This document shows positions 25,900 through 38,830 of a DNA stretch of 64,000 bases, piece by piece; position 1 is the stretch's first letter; each line of letters opens with the position of its first letter. Where the stretch lies: NCBI GenBank assembly GCA_001938485.1, contig MQRK01226028.1:1-64000 (forward strand), written 5' to 3'. The notes beneath the pieces were generated by a model. It had not been told where the DNA came from, made no database searches, and was given only the letters and a program-made list of their open reading frames with translations. Source of the DNA: Girardia tigrina (lineage: Eukaryota). Position numbers and translations under genes: made by a program.

Positions 25900-28800
25900 A
25901 AAGCTCAAAGATATGGTCGCTGAATAGAGCACATTTGACTTGTGTTGAAGATTATTGTTATCAACCGGCTACTGGTGCATCTGCCGTGACTGTGTCGGTA
26001 AGATTTGTCGTCACCGCATTTGACATCAGGGGGTTATATTGACCAGTATTGTGTTTATGACATGTCGAGTTGGAATATTTGATATTCGACACTATGCACA
26101 TTTTGGTTAAATTCTTTATAGTTGTACCTAAAAGATGTGATTTGTTTTTAAGCAGGTTATCATTATCGGCGGGGCAAGATCCTAAATAGCCGACAACAAT
26201 CGATCCTAATATTACAGTCCATCCTTTATGAGCCGCTTTTGCTTCAGTTAGTAGACTTTTATATTTTTTTTGTTGTTATCTCTGGCATCTTTAAGTACTT
26301 TGATTGTGTCATAAGGGGTTTTTATATCTATAAGCCAGAGTTCTTTGGTTCCATGGTTATAAACTTGTAAACCAGCCCGGCATCCCGACACAGATCAATC
26401 ACATTCTCGATTCATGATGATTTTTAAAATTGGTTTCTCTGCAAGTTGTTGTGGTTCGTGTTGTTTGTTTTAAACATATAAACATATCTTGGAAAACTGA
26501 GTCGTTTGGCTTTGAATCCCCAGGTTATCGGTAACCAACCATAAAATACTCTCATACTAATGTAACCTCATGTATATTTTAATTCCTACTCTCTCAATAT
26601 CTATGACCACAACCATAACCATAATCCGTAAGTTCCCTGTTTGGTATATTATAGTTTCGAAAATAGAAGGTGAATCGTGAGTGTATAAAGATTCTATACG
26701 CTTCTATTTTCTACCAGGGAAGTAGTATTGATTTGGTTATTTTTTTCAAGTCCTTAATAGCAGATAGAAATATACGTTCAGGAGTGAATTTTGTCTTTCT
26801 GGTAAAATCTACTCCGAGATAACGCTAACCTCCTTCATCTGTGACTATAGGTATTTGTATGTTATTAATATGGATTGATTTATACATAAGAGGAGTTGAT
26901 AAATATCCACACTTGGCTGGGTTGAACTTCATATGTCACATGCAGATGGAACCATGGCTTGTAAACAAGAGTTGCTGGTTGCAACTAGTGCAATACCATC
27001 TGCATATGCCAGACAAGTAATCTTACCAGCCTCAGTGTCAATACCAAAAATATCATTATCTTGTAGTGCAGCCAAAATTCGATCAATGCCAACGCTGAAC
27101 AACAGCATTGAAAGCTGACATCCTTGTCTAACCCCCTCCTGATTGATATGCCTTGAGTCGTACAATCATTGCAGGTATATGTTGATGAACAATCCGAGTA
27201 CAGATAGAGAGAGCAGGAGAATGAATCTAGACCTTTTCTTCTGAGAACTTCTAATAAATGATTAATTGGAATGCTGCCAAACGCATCAGTTAGATCGAGG
27301 AATGCAATCTGAAGATGTTCATATTCCTCCAGTAAAATTCTCATGACGTTATTGTGTTCAGCGCACCCGTCCGATGGTCCGATGCCTTTTTGAAACTTTG
27401 AAATTAAATTGTTCTTCACCAGTCATTGTTCCAGTTGAGTGCATAGGCAAGATGTGAACAACTTGGCAATGCATTCCATCAGGGCTATTGGTCTCCATGA
27501 TCCAATATCTTTGTAATTTCCTGACTTACCTAGTTTATGGATCATTACCGTTAGGAATTTCTTCCAACTGGGTGGAATGACACCCGTATTAATGATTTTG
27601 TTAAATAATGTGACCAGAAATTGACAACCTGGGTCGCAATAGTCAATATCTGCATAGTCAATGTTTGATATACCGGAACTAGTATTTTTGGTGTGTTTTT
27701 TATATGTTGGCAATCTCTTCTGGAGTGACATGCTGAAATTGAAATTTTTGGCCAGGTTTGATGTTTGGTGCATTGCTCCAGTCCTTTTCAGGAGGATAGT
27801 CGCTTTTTGATTTGGTGTAATTTGTAAGAGATTCCAAAGATAGCTCTCCATCAACAGTAGTGTCACTTAGAATTATTTCCATGACCTTTTTCGGTTTTAT
27901 TTTAAAGTAATGTCGTAGATTTACATCCGTTTTTTCTAATGTTCCTGATGTTTCTTGATGCATTGAGATTTTTGACCGCTTTAACTCTTGCTTGCAAAAT
28001 GTAGTTGGTAATGAGAGAGTCCAATTCTTCTGCACTTTTTATGGAGTTAGCCACTATTATCTCTGAGATTTTTTGTAACGCAATTCTCTGTTATTCTTTT
28101 CTTTAATAGTTTTTTCTTGTCTTCTAATTTTCTTTTGAAATTTCTTTTTAGTGATGTTGTAAATTATTTCTCGTACATCAATGTTGAGGGGGTGTTGTGA
28201 TACAATTGCCATATAGAGTTGGCAATACAGTATTGTTGGGGTTCCCTAAACTAATAATTAATAATAGAAAAAACTTTTAAAATAAATAAATATTTATAAA
28301 TAAAAGTTAAGATGATTAAGTTGCTTCTCGGTCGTTCATGGTTTGAGCATTTTGTTCAGGGACGGTGGACGATCGTCTAGCAACTTTATAATGACATCAC
28401 TATTATAATTATTTAAATTATTAGGATTTAAATTATTATTAATATCAATAATATTGCTGTAATAATATCATATTTAAAATCATTTGTTCAATTATTATTA
28501 TTATTAGTGTAATTGCTATTATAATTATAATTTTATCACTGTCATAATTATTTTTATTATATTATTCTTGGAATTAATATTATTATTATTTTCTTTTTTG
28601 GCGAGTTTTTCCTTCCTCCACATGGACCCATTCATTATGAGGGTACTCCTGCTTTGGGCGGAGAAGTTCGCCAGAGGTTTATTTTAAATATATATATATA
28701 TATATATATATATNNNNNNNNNNNNNNNNNNNNNNNNNNNNNNNNNNNNNNNNNNNNNNNNNNNNATATATATATTTATTATTATCATTATTATATTTTT

Positions 28801-30450
28801 TAAAGCAATATTATTTATGATTATAATTATTATTATTGTTATAAAATGTTATATTATTATTATTAGTATTGAAATATTAAACTTACTTTTTTTTGAATTT
28901 TTGTAAAAATGAAAATTTTCCTCCTGGGCGATCAACGTATCTTTTCATCGCCCAAGGGAATTAACAAATTTGATTGGCAATTTGGAGAATTTGTCATTTG
29001 GTTTTCTTTCGCGACTGCGGGGGGTCGGAGTTGTTAATCCAAATTTGAAAAGCAATTATAGCAATTTTAAAAGCAATTATAATATAAAGAATAATAAGTT
29101 AAACAATTTTTTTAAAACTTTTAACATCTCATATTTTTTATATATAAACAAAATCGGGTATAAATACCCTTTAAAAAATTCAAAAATAAATAATAAAACC
29201 AAGCAATAATTCAAATACAAAAATATACCAAAACAAAGTTGTGCAATTATTCAACCTCAATCATTATTTAAAGATCTATGTGCAATATTTTGAAGAGTGT
29301 ACTCTGTGATTATGAAATACAATTTTTATAATATTTGTTACTTATCTCAATTGCAATAAAGTTAACAGTATCAATTATTGAGCTGGGTTCGAGCTACGAA
29401 CAAGCAATGCAGCCTTCAAATTAAGTTGATTCAATTCACGACAATATATTTTCTTTGAACAGAATTATTCAAACGACAATTCAATTATCGATACCCAGGA
29501 TTAAACCTACTAAATCACCAACAGTATCCACTCTCATTGGCAAATCATTGGATTGTTTCAAGATCCAACCTTCGCCACCTAATCGAAAGAAGGAGAGAAG
29601 ATTATCATTGATGCTGTTGATTGCCAGTTCTGGTTCCAGAGTAAGGGATTCCATGACATTATAAACGATGGTAGTTTTGTTGTTAATATCAAAAACTACT
29701 AGAATCAATTGCAAGTCTGATATACATAACGGGCAAAAAACTTTATCTATATTTATAAATATTTTATATGATATATTACTTTTTATATATGATTCATTAT
29801 TCTTGGCAATTTGATAAGTGACTTGTGTATATAACGTAAGCCACTTATCGTTAGGCGGTAATATATCAGTAAGATTCGACATTTGGAAATATTCAAATCG
29901 TCGGAGGTTCATAGTTGTTTCCCTTTTGGTATTATATACATTAATTTTCTGTTGACTTATTTTTTTAGAATAAACTTTTGTTCTAGATATCTCAGTGACT
30001 GAAATGTCCCCACCCCCAGTTCTTCCCGCAGGACGATCCGATACATGAGGGCGCCGCTGATGACAGCGTTTCGGATGTTTTCTATGTTTATTTCAAAGAG
30101 GGGGTTGATTGTTTCATTTATTATGTTTTCTATAAAGCCGCAGACAAAATGAACAGTCATTATTGTTCGTCTGCTGCTCACATTCGGGGAACTTCAGTGG
30201 GATCCGCACTCTATAGGGTTTATTTTTTCTATCTGGGACGACTTCGTTTATGGCAGTAATGAGTGGCGCCACTAGAGCTGTGACTGTCTTTTCACACGGT
30301 AAGTTACTCAGTGAGTTGTAGATATACGCGTGTTCCGGCGTGCAGCACAGTGTAAACCAATGTGTGTTGTTGTAATTGATTGGAACTATACATGAATCTC
30401 TTTTTTTGTGTTAAAGCTAGTAAAGACCGAATTTAACCTAACGACGACAG
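25900..30450 (-). mobile_element. NeSL-like RLE non-LTR retrotransposon A (Ulp1 - Ulp1-like - RT - RLE), decayed, with a ~1-kb AT-rich interruption at ~28240-29200
   Basis: RT motifs SWRPIAL, FLDLTDAFGSI, GVRQGCQLS and LAYADG (26929-28035). RLE motifs WLIDIKTPYD and GSIVVGYLGS (~26150-26400). Ulp1 motifs VPINYNNTHW, YNSL and QQTNNNDC (~30150-30400). Joining the upstream and RT parts into one element is inferred from strand and domain order. Confidence 0.78.
28687..28775. repeat. (TA)n microsatellite spanning an assembly gap
   Basis: TA runs flank the N stretch at 28714-28765 on both sides. Confidence 0.9.
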
Positions 30451-31556
30451 TTACTTGACTCTGCAGTTTCTATTATTGTTAAGAATAGATAATATTAAGA
30501 TTAATGTTGTATTAATAGATAATGTTAAGAATAGATTAATAAAGCATATTTATGTACAGCCAATACTTATTACATCTCTAATATATTAAAAAATATTATG
30601 ACGGATTTTAAATTTCAAATATTAAACATAAAGGTTTATACTTCATCTTTATTGATGGTATAAATATAGTTTTATAATAAAAAATATCATTTATAATCTG
30701 AAAAATTGTGAAAAATCGTTTTGTTGTTTTAAATTCATGAAAGCTTTTTTCACTTCGTTACAACAGAATATTGAAAAATTTTCATTTATAAACGAAAAAA
30801 GAAGAATAAATGAAGAAGTGTCGGTTTATGAAATTTTAAAAATATAATTATTAAGAACATTTAAACAAGTCTCGGAAGCACGAATGGTGGAGGAGATCTG
30901 GTAGTCGTCATTGGAAAGCCTGATTGTGACGCAAGTGAAGGGGAATTTGTAAGAGCGAATTAATGTTCAGCTGTTGCGAACTCTAATTTGCTATTACAAA
31001 ACAAATAGATTAAATGAATAAAAAGACCGAATACACAGAACGCTTGATTATAAAACACAAGAATANNNNNNNNNNNNNNNNNNNNNNNNNNNNNNNNNNN
31101 NNNNNNNNNNNNNNNNNNNNNNNNNNNNNNNNNNNNNNNNNNNNNNNNNNNNNNNNNNNNNNNNNNNNNNNNNNNNNNNNNNNNNNNNNNNNNNNNNNNN
31201 NNNNNNNNNNNNNNNNNNNNNNNNNNNNNNNNNNNNNNNNNNNNNNNNNNNNNNNNNNNNNNNNNNNNNNNNNNNNNNNNNNNNNNNNNNNNNNNNNNNN
31301 NNNNNNNNNNNNNNNNNNNNNNNNNNNNNNNNNNNNNNNNNNNNNNNNNNNNNNNNNNNNNNNNNNNNNNNNNNNNNNNNNNCAATAAATCTGAAACGGT
31401 ATCTGCTTCTTCTTAATTATTTTTATTTTCTATTAACTTTTTAAATTTCCGATCAATATCTTTTTTTATTGATTTTTTTTATTTTTACATATATCGTCTT
31501 GTATCTTCTAATTTTATGAAACAATGTGAAAGATTGATCGAAATCCTTAAAAAAAC

Positions 31557-32082
31557 TCATTTCCATGAATTTCTTTTACATGTTTTTTTCAACAAATTTG
31601 GTATTTTCTCGCTAATGATTCGTAATATGTTTAGCGCTGCATTGCTTTCTACTATTTCTTTATCTTCATGTCGTTTATATTGCTGTATTATTATATCAAG
31701 AATGAACGACTTTGACTGATTTTCTNNNNNNNNNNNNNNNNNNNNNNNNNNNNNNNNNNNNNNNNNNNNNNNNNNNNNNNNNNNNNNNNNNNNNNNNNNN
31801 NNNNNNNNNNNNNNNNNNNNNNNNNNNNNNNNNNNNNNNNNNNNNNNNNNNNNNNNNNNNNNNNNNNNNNNNNNNNNNNNNNTCGATATGATTTTGGTCT
31901 TCCATATTTTCTCTTTTTGAATAATGGGCCGGCAAAATCGAGACACTTCTCCAAATACTTTCCGCAAGCACAAAATACATAGAATATACACACATCAGAA
32001 ACAAACAAAAATTAGTAGGGCTGTGACTGTAGTGATTTGGACGTGGTTTTGCTTGTGTTCTTGTACAAAGTCTTGGTTTCAT
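31557..32082 (-). CDS. Candidate ~156-aa ORF of unknown function spanning a gap
   Basis: Filling the N gap (31726-31882) with the 102-nt equivalent from the adjacent duplicate (32198-32299) joins MKPRLC...NHI to ...ENQSK...NSWK* in frame. It has a short hydrophobic segment near the N-terminus and no recognised domain. Confidence 0.35.
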
Positions 32083-32148
32083 TAGCTGTTTTTTTATTTT
32101 TTGTACATAAATTTTCTGGCGTGAGATGAATGTGATATATTATTATAC

Positions 32149-32439
32149 ATATTGCTGTATTATTATATCAAGAATGAACGACTTTGACTGATTTTCTAAT
32201 CGGACGATTTCCGGGTTTTCACTTAAACCAAGAAATGTTTCAGCCTTACTGACTATGAATTCTTTTGATCGAATGAACTTAATTATGGATTCAAAACTTT
32301 CGATATGATTTTGGTCTTCCATATTTTCTCTTTTTGAATAATGGGCCGGCAAAATCGAGACACTTCTCCAAATACTTTCCGCAAGTACAAAATACATAGA
32401 ATATACACACATCAGAAACAAACAAAAATTAGTAGGGCT
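32149..32439 (+). repeat. ~290-bp direct duplication of 31677-32022
   Basis: The sequence matches both sides of the gap at 31726-31882, with one visible C/T difference. Confidence 0.85.
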
Positions 32440-35200
32440 CTACAGAATTCATCACCAAAGCAGATTGTGATACCAAGATTCTTCAGTGCAAAAATTGCAT
32501 GTTGAATCTTGTTCCACCAATTTTTGCAGATATATGGACAGAACCCTTCATTGATCCAGTTAAAGATGTCTAACCTAAACTGTTTATGGGATACAAATTT
32601 CAGTGTAGTCCATACAGCATCCTTTACATAACTGTCGGAAGAATTAAGGAGATAAAAGCTGTGGGTCACCGACTGTACCATGTATTCGTCAAAAACAGAA
32701 GTAAGACCAACCCCTCCATGCTGTTTATCAGTATTCATATAGGAATTAGAGGCTCGTAGAGGGAGATTCAAGAATTCCTTATGTTCTTTCCGAACAATAA
32801 TTTTTCAACCCGTCTTCCAGGCAGTAATATCAGGGAAGGGAATGTAAGTGTTACGGAAATAAAACACCATCTTCGAATGGACAAAAGTATGATATGCATG
32901 GAGCTTGTGCAAGGGGGAGAGAGCAGAGTTCTTAAGGAGGACTAGATCAGCAAGAACATCTGCAATGACTTGATCAGGAGTATGAGGAAGTAGGCGGGAT
33001 ATGAAACATCCTAGGTACACGTAACCTTCATCAGCTTTGTGGTGTGGAACAATTTTACACTCAAGGACGAGCATGGCATCCTTGTCATAAGGAAAGTCCA
33101 TGTAGGCACATTTTGAAATTCTGAATTGCATCCCAACAGCTCGGACATATTTAGATGCACAACTAACAAGATTATTAATCGCATAACTCGATGCACCAAA
33201 GAGTACCAAGTCATCGGCATAAGCTATATAAGAAACAGTGGAGTCACCAATCTTGATCTGGGTGAGACATCGAATAGAGTCCAACTTATTAAGGATCGGT
33301 TTAATGCCAACATTAAATAGGAGCATAGACAGTGGACAGCCCTGTCTGACTCCAACAGTGACAGAAAGACGATCAGTCGCTTCACCTTCACAGATAATTC
33401 TGGTGTGACAATCCCTATACAATTCCCTAATAAGTCATATCGAAGGAGGACGTAAGCCCATCTTCTCAAGGACAAAAAGAATGTAATCAATGGAGATGGT
33501 GTCAATGGCGGCGGCAATATCCATGAAGGCGATGTTGAGTTCAGACTTGTCTTCATTTGCATAGTGATCGATAATAGCGCGCAAGAGAAAGGTGTTTTCA
33601 GCACAGCCGTCCGGTGGACCAAGACTCTTCTGAAGAGGGTGAAGGAGTTGGTTAATTTTCACCCAACCTTTCAACTGCCAGCAGAGAAGCGTGGTTAATA
33701 ACTTGTAAAGACATTCCTGAAGAGTAATGCCTCTCCAAGAAGATGGTAGATGATATTCGCCTTCTTTTCCTGACTTGGGAATCATTAACGTGTCAAAGGT
33801 CTTCCAGTCAGAAGGGAAAGTGTTGGATTCAAATATCTGCTTAAAGATCTTTTCACAGATGACCCCTTCAGGATCACAGTACAGGATATCTTGATAGGAA
33901 ATTCCACTTTGACCGGAGGATGACTTGTCTTTTTGCATAAGACAGGCAACAATCTCGGCACTGGTAGTGGGTCGAAAGCTGAAGGCAGGACCGGAATTAA
34001 TGGGACAATCAAACTGGTCAGGAAAGAACGTAAAGGGGCGGTTGTGTTGCTTAACAAAAACAGTAAAGTCTGCAGGAGTAGGTTTGGCAGACGCATTCAC
34101 CCGGGGTCTAATGATGGCCATGGCAGCTTTAGGATTAGTAATGTAGGTTTTCTGAATTTTCTCGTGATTAAGTCGGTTTGGGCTAACTTCCGAACAACCC
34201 AGATAGGGAGAGGGAGGTTTTGCAGGCTGAATGCTATAAATGTGACCAGAAAAAGCAGAATAAAGCTGGTTAAGTTCATCATTATCATGATCTTTAACAA
34301 AGTTAAGGGCAAGAACAATGCGGACAGCCACACACCGAGAAGTGGTAGATGGATGGGCAGAAATTTTGTCTTTGCCTTTCGTCCGAAGAACAAACTTCAT
34401 TGCAAAAGTTCAAATGGCTTTCAGATTGATCCTATTGTTGAAAGAAATACCAGAGAAGTTCCTCATATAACCACAGATAAGAGAGCCACTATCAACGTAT
34501 TTCCTGGAGGTGACAATGTTGTGGGGAATCAAAATATTGAAGATCAACCAAGCAATAGCTTCTACAAAAATTGCAGAGTATTTTAATAGTATTTTCATAG
34601 ATGGAATATTCCTGTAAACCAATAGGATCCCAGACTGAAATAGAAGACGACGGAAAATCACAGGTGACAACAATCCAACGGCATTGTCGGAAGAATAACG
34701 GGAAGGCTACTTTCTTTTTATTGGCAACGTCGCGGAGACTGAGATGTTCCAAAATAAAGTCTCTATTATTCGCTACAATAGCTTTCGATAGATCAGCAGG
34801 AAAGACAAAGAAATCCTTGCAGTTAATAGAGGCTTCAGCAAAGGCATCAACGTGGCAATGAGAAAAGGAAAGGAACGGGAGAAGAGTATTAGACACAGGA
34901 CCATCTCCAACATCATCAGAGAAGGTGCAGTTTCCCAGCGAATGAACTATCTTTCTGATGTGAGAGGAGTTAATGTTCAAATTGGATCCAGGATAACTTA
35001 TCCAAAGTGCATATGCACAAATCATCGGTCCACAGTCGTAATCATTGGTTTGGCCTGGGCATTGGCCATAAAAGTAATACTCGAACACCAGTTAATTACA
35101 GTTGATTGGGGTAAAGAATTAACCGACCAAAATTATATAGTTGTCCCCTTTTATACTGAGGCAATATTGTGCAATATGTCCTGGAGTCAGGTCATGTAAT
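32440..35200 (-). mobile_element. NeSL-like non-LTR retrotransposon B (Ulp1 - Ulp1-like - RT), truncated at both ends
   Basis: RT motifs SWRGITL, FMDIAAAIDTI, GVRQGCPLS, IAYADDLV and GGVGL. Upstream it has the Ulp1 motif PGQTNDYDCG. No CCHC/RLE 3' end is present. Confidence 0.85.
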
Positions 35201-35337
35201 TCATATTCCGGTGACATCATGGTATATGAAATCACCGGAATTTGAACTCAAGTGATGTCATGAAACATGACATAATTGGAGTTCGACATTTCCGAACACG
35301 GTGAGAATTGACGTCACCACAGTATATTTTCAACGAA

Positions 35338-35505
35338 AAGACAATTTTAAACTGTGCCCATTTTTAGAACATATTTCCTATTGATTTGATGTTTTGAGAA
35401 TTTTAAAACTTTGCTAGATTCCTAGAAACATTTAAGATAGGAGCTTTAAAACATCAAGTTTTTAGAATTTATTGTCTTAAAATGGGCTCAGTTTAAAATT
35501 GCCTT
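35338..35505. repeat. MITE-like inverted repeat
   Basis: AAGACAATTTTAAACTGTGCCCATTTT pairs with AAAATGGGCTCAGTTTAAAATTGCCTT; there is further imperfect inner symmetry (TTGATGTTTT / AAAACATCAA). Confidence 0.65.
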
Positions 35506-36613
35506 GCTGTCAAGAATGACCGTTTGGACGTTTTATTGTTAATTACCAAATTAATAAAAATCTCAATTTATCTCAGTGAAATGAAAAAAATGAATTTTAT
35601 CTTATCCAAGAGCCCCGACAATTGAAGGTGCAATCTTTGAAGATGAATCCGATGAAGTAGCTGTCGCTGACGGCTTCCAGCACCAACGAAGTGGCGAGCG
35701 ATGATGCTGAAGCAAAATGAATGCCGATCCCAATCAGATTAAGTCCCGAAAGGGCAACTCAAAAAAAACTGTTGTTTTGTAATAAATTTTTGTACTAATT
35801 TATTTTAAAATGTTATAATATGAAATGATGAAGAGAATATTTTTTTTCATCAATCGGAATAAAATTATAAATAATACAAAACAGCATGAAATTTGGATAT
35901 CTATTTAATGAATTATTTTTGTAATGGATGAAAATTGCACATATTTAATCATAAGATACATTAAATATGGAAAAAAAAAACCAAACCTTAAAAATATAAA
36001 TTTAATCAATTCTTGAAAGTTCTTCAACTAATGAGATCAAGATGTCAAGTAGTTGGACACTGTTTTTTTTTACTCTCATCAATAAAAAGGTCAAATTTAG
36101 AAATTTATTTGTGTTTGTAATTTTTTATTTTTCAATCGATTTTTGTGAACATTTTTAAAACAATCTTTATTTAGTATTAGATTCAAAGAAATTGTTTGTT
36201 AATAGCAAAGCCAACACACAAGAACATTTTGAAGATACATTTAAACAGTTTAACCGTTATTTTCGGATAATTAGTTATTAAAATAAAATAATGCAATACA
36301 AAACAGTACAATTAAACACAATAAAGTACAATCGATTTGTTTATGAATAAAGAAAACCCGTCAACATGAGAAATCAATTGTATGAAGAAGAAAGGGTCAA
36401 TGGAGGAAATTTTTCAATGATTGACATAATTGGAAATATATCTGAAATTAATTAATTTTTAGGTTTTAGTAAATTTTAGCTATAATTAAAATGAGTAATT
36501 TAGCTATAAATAAGCAATATGTAATCTGTAAATTAAAAATTCGTTGTTACGATGACATTTGATAAAGTAAAGACTAGAAATTTGTTAATAATATTAACAA
36601 TTAATTGTTTTTA

Positions 36614-37942
36614 TTAGGTGTACAAGTATGAAATGCGGATTTCAGAAAACGGATTGTGCACAATGCAAAAAGTAGGTCAATGGTTAGGCAATGATGTCAT
36701 AATATTGAGTAATTATGTAGTGTCTCATACGTAACTCATAAATTGATAAAGCGTTTTAATAATTGTTGTATTTCTGTGTTTTATATGTTCAAATTTATGC
36801 CAAGCAAGGAGCATTGGCGGACGGTACTAATTTTTTGTTACCATCTAAAGAAAACTGCTGCTGAATCATACCGATTCCTCCAAGAAGCTTATGGTGAATA
36901 TGTCCCATCGCAAGATACATGTGAACGATGGTTTCGGCACTTCCATGGTGGTGACTTTGATGTTGCAGATAAGGACCATGGGAAACCACAAAAAGGTTTC
37001 GATGATGTGGAATTGCAAGCTTTGTTGGACGAAGATGATTCGCAAACACAAAACCAACTGGTAGAGCAATTAAGTGTTACTCAACAAGCTGTAAGCAATC
37101 GCCTCAGGCAGATGGGAAAGATTCATAAGATCGGCCGATGGGTACCATATCAATTGAACGATAGGCAGATGGAGAGTCGCAAAACCACTTGTGAAATCTT
37201 GCTTGCACGATANNNNNNNNNNNNNNNNNNNNNNNNNNNNNNNNNNNNNNNNNNNNNNNNNNNNNNNNNNNNNNNNNNNNNNNNNNNNNNNNNNNNNNNN
37301 NNNNNNNNNNNNNNNNNNNNNNNNNNNNNNNNNNNNNNNNNNNNNNNNNNNNNNNNNNNNNNNNNNNNNNNNNNNNNNNNNNNNNNNNNNNNNNNNNNNN
37401 NNNNNNNNNNNNNNNNNNNNNNNNNNNNNNNNNNNNNNNNNNNNNNNNNNNNNNNNNNNNNNNNNNNNNNNNNNNNNNNNNNNNNNNNNNNNNNNNNNNN
37501 NNNNNNNNNNNNNNNNNNNNNNNNNNNNNNNNNNNNNNNNNNNNNNNNNNNNNNNNNNNNNNNNNNNNNNNNNNNNNNNNNNNNNNNNNNNNNNNNNNNN
37601 NNNNNNNNNNNNNNNNNNNNNNNNNNNNNNNNNNNNNNNNNNNNNNNNNNNNNNNNNNNNNNNNNNNNNNNNNNNNNNNNNNNNNNNNNNNNNNNNNNNN
37701 NNNNNNNNNNNNNNNNNNNNNNNNNNNNNNNNNNNNNNNNNNNNNNNNNNNNNNNNNNNNNNNNNNNNNNNNNNNNNNNNNNNNNNNNNNNNNNNNNNNN
37801 NNNNNNNNNNNNNNNNNNNNNNNNNNNACAAATGTATCATTAGTAATGGAGCATATTTTGAATAAAGCTTTTTTTATCGTTCTTTTGTTTTTAACATATT
37901 TCTTTTCAAAATTTAATCCGCATTTCATACTTGTACACCTAA
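36614..37942 (+). mobile_element. Mos1-like (mauritiana subfamily) mariner; transposase 36785-37865, centre in a gap
   Basis: Perfect 28-bp TIRs TTAGGTGTACAAGTATGAAATGCGGATT with a TA TSD. The N-terminus RTVLIFCYHLKKTAAES...TCERWF...ELQALLDEDD...QQAVSNRLR is Mos1-like, and the C-terminus is KCIISNGAYFE*. Confidence 0.95.
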
Positions 37943-37999
37943 TAATAGTTAAAAAAATGTTGTTTCATTAGAATGTCGTAAAGCGGAAACTCTCACCAT

Positions 38000-38830
38000 T
38001 ATTTAAAAAATAAGAATCAATAAGATTTTTAGCTTTCTCAATAATTATAAAAAAAATACTGAAAACAGGATCTTATACGGTATAATACTCTAAGATATTA
38101 TCCGAGATGTAACTCATCTGTGTCACAATCATCAGCTGATTGATGTGGATATTATAAATGGTTTTGTGGTTAAAAGTTTCATAGCTTAGACGACTTGAGA
38201 TGTCATATAACTTTCAATAATCATTACGATTATCAGCAAATCTATATAGAACGAGAAACAGCTCTCACAAGGGCCAAAATTAATGATTGGAAGAACAATC
38301 CGGATCAGTCAATAATTTAAAATTCAGTCATAAATAGGGATATATTTTCCTCATCTCAACAAGTTTAACTGAGTGTGTCTTTGAAACCTTTTGAATTATT
38401 AATTCAATAGATTGAGATAATTTTTCTGTGGTCAGCAAAGTTTTCAATGTTTTATACTTCTGTCCAAAACTTATAGTTGCAAAGCTGCATTAAAATTATA
38501 TATTAGTTTTAAAAAATCTTACAGCCATAATAGCAAAATATATAAAAATATCTCTTGTATGATTCTACAACTGAAGATGTTTCGACAAGAAACTTATCAT
38601 CATTATTCAGGATAAATATTAAGCAAAAGTTTTTTTATGATAACAGTTTGATAGGTTTTTCTTCTTTTTCTTTTTATAATCTTATGATATTATTTGACAT
38701 AGCGAACATTATAAAAATCTAAACAAACTAGTGGAATAATAATTAAAGGAGAACACATCCTCAACCCAGAGTATTCCCGAATCCTAGCATAACATTCTAA
38801 TGTTTTAAACACAATCGCTCGCTTACAGAA
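38000..38830 (-). mobile_element. Possible Penelope-like remnant
   Basis: A degenerate hammerhead-like motif at 38571-38612 (GATAAG/CTTGTC stem then GAAA) is followed on the minus strand by ATGGCT and a short GTAAG...GCAG intron-like segment. Confidence 0.3.

Noticed and set aside
25860-25950. Spliced-leader or U2 snRNA target at the 3' junction of the NeSL-like elements
   Set aside because: No recognisable SL or U2 sequence was seen here or at 51015; the copies look non-site-specific.
30960-31388. Long ORFs in the track composed of X (also 37070-37928 and 53485-53874)
   Set aside because: They are artefacts of translating N gaps.
33925-34586. Plus-strand ORFs up to 217 aa opposite element B
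   Set aside because: They are antisense shadows of the RT coding region with no motifs.
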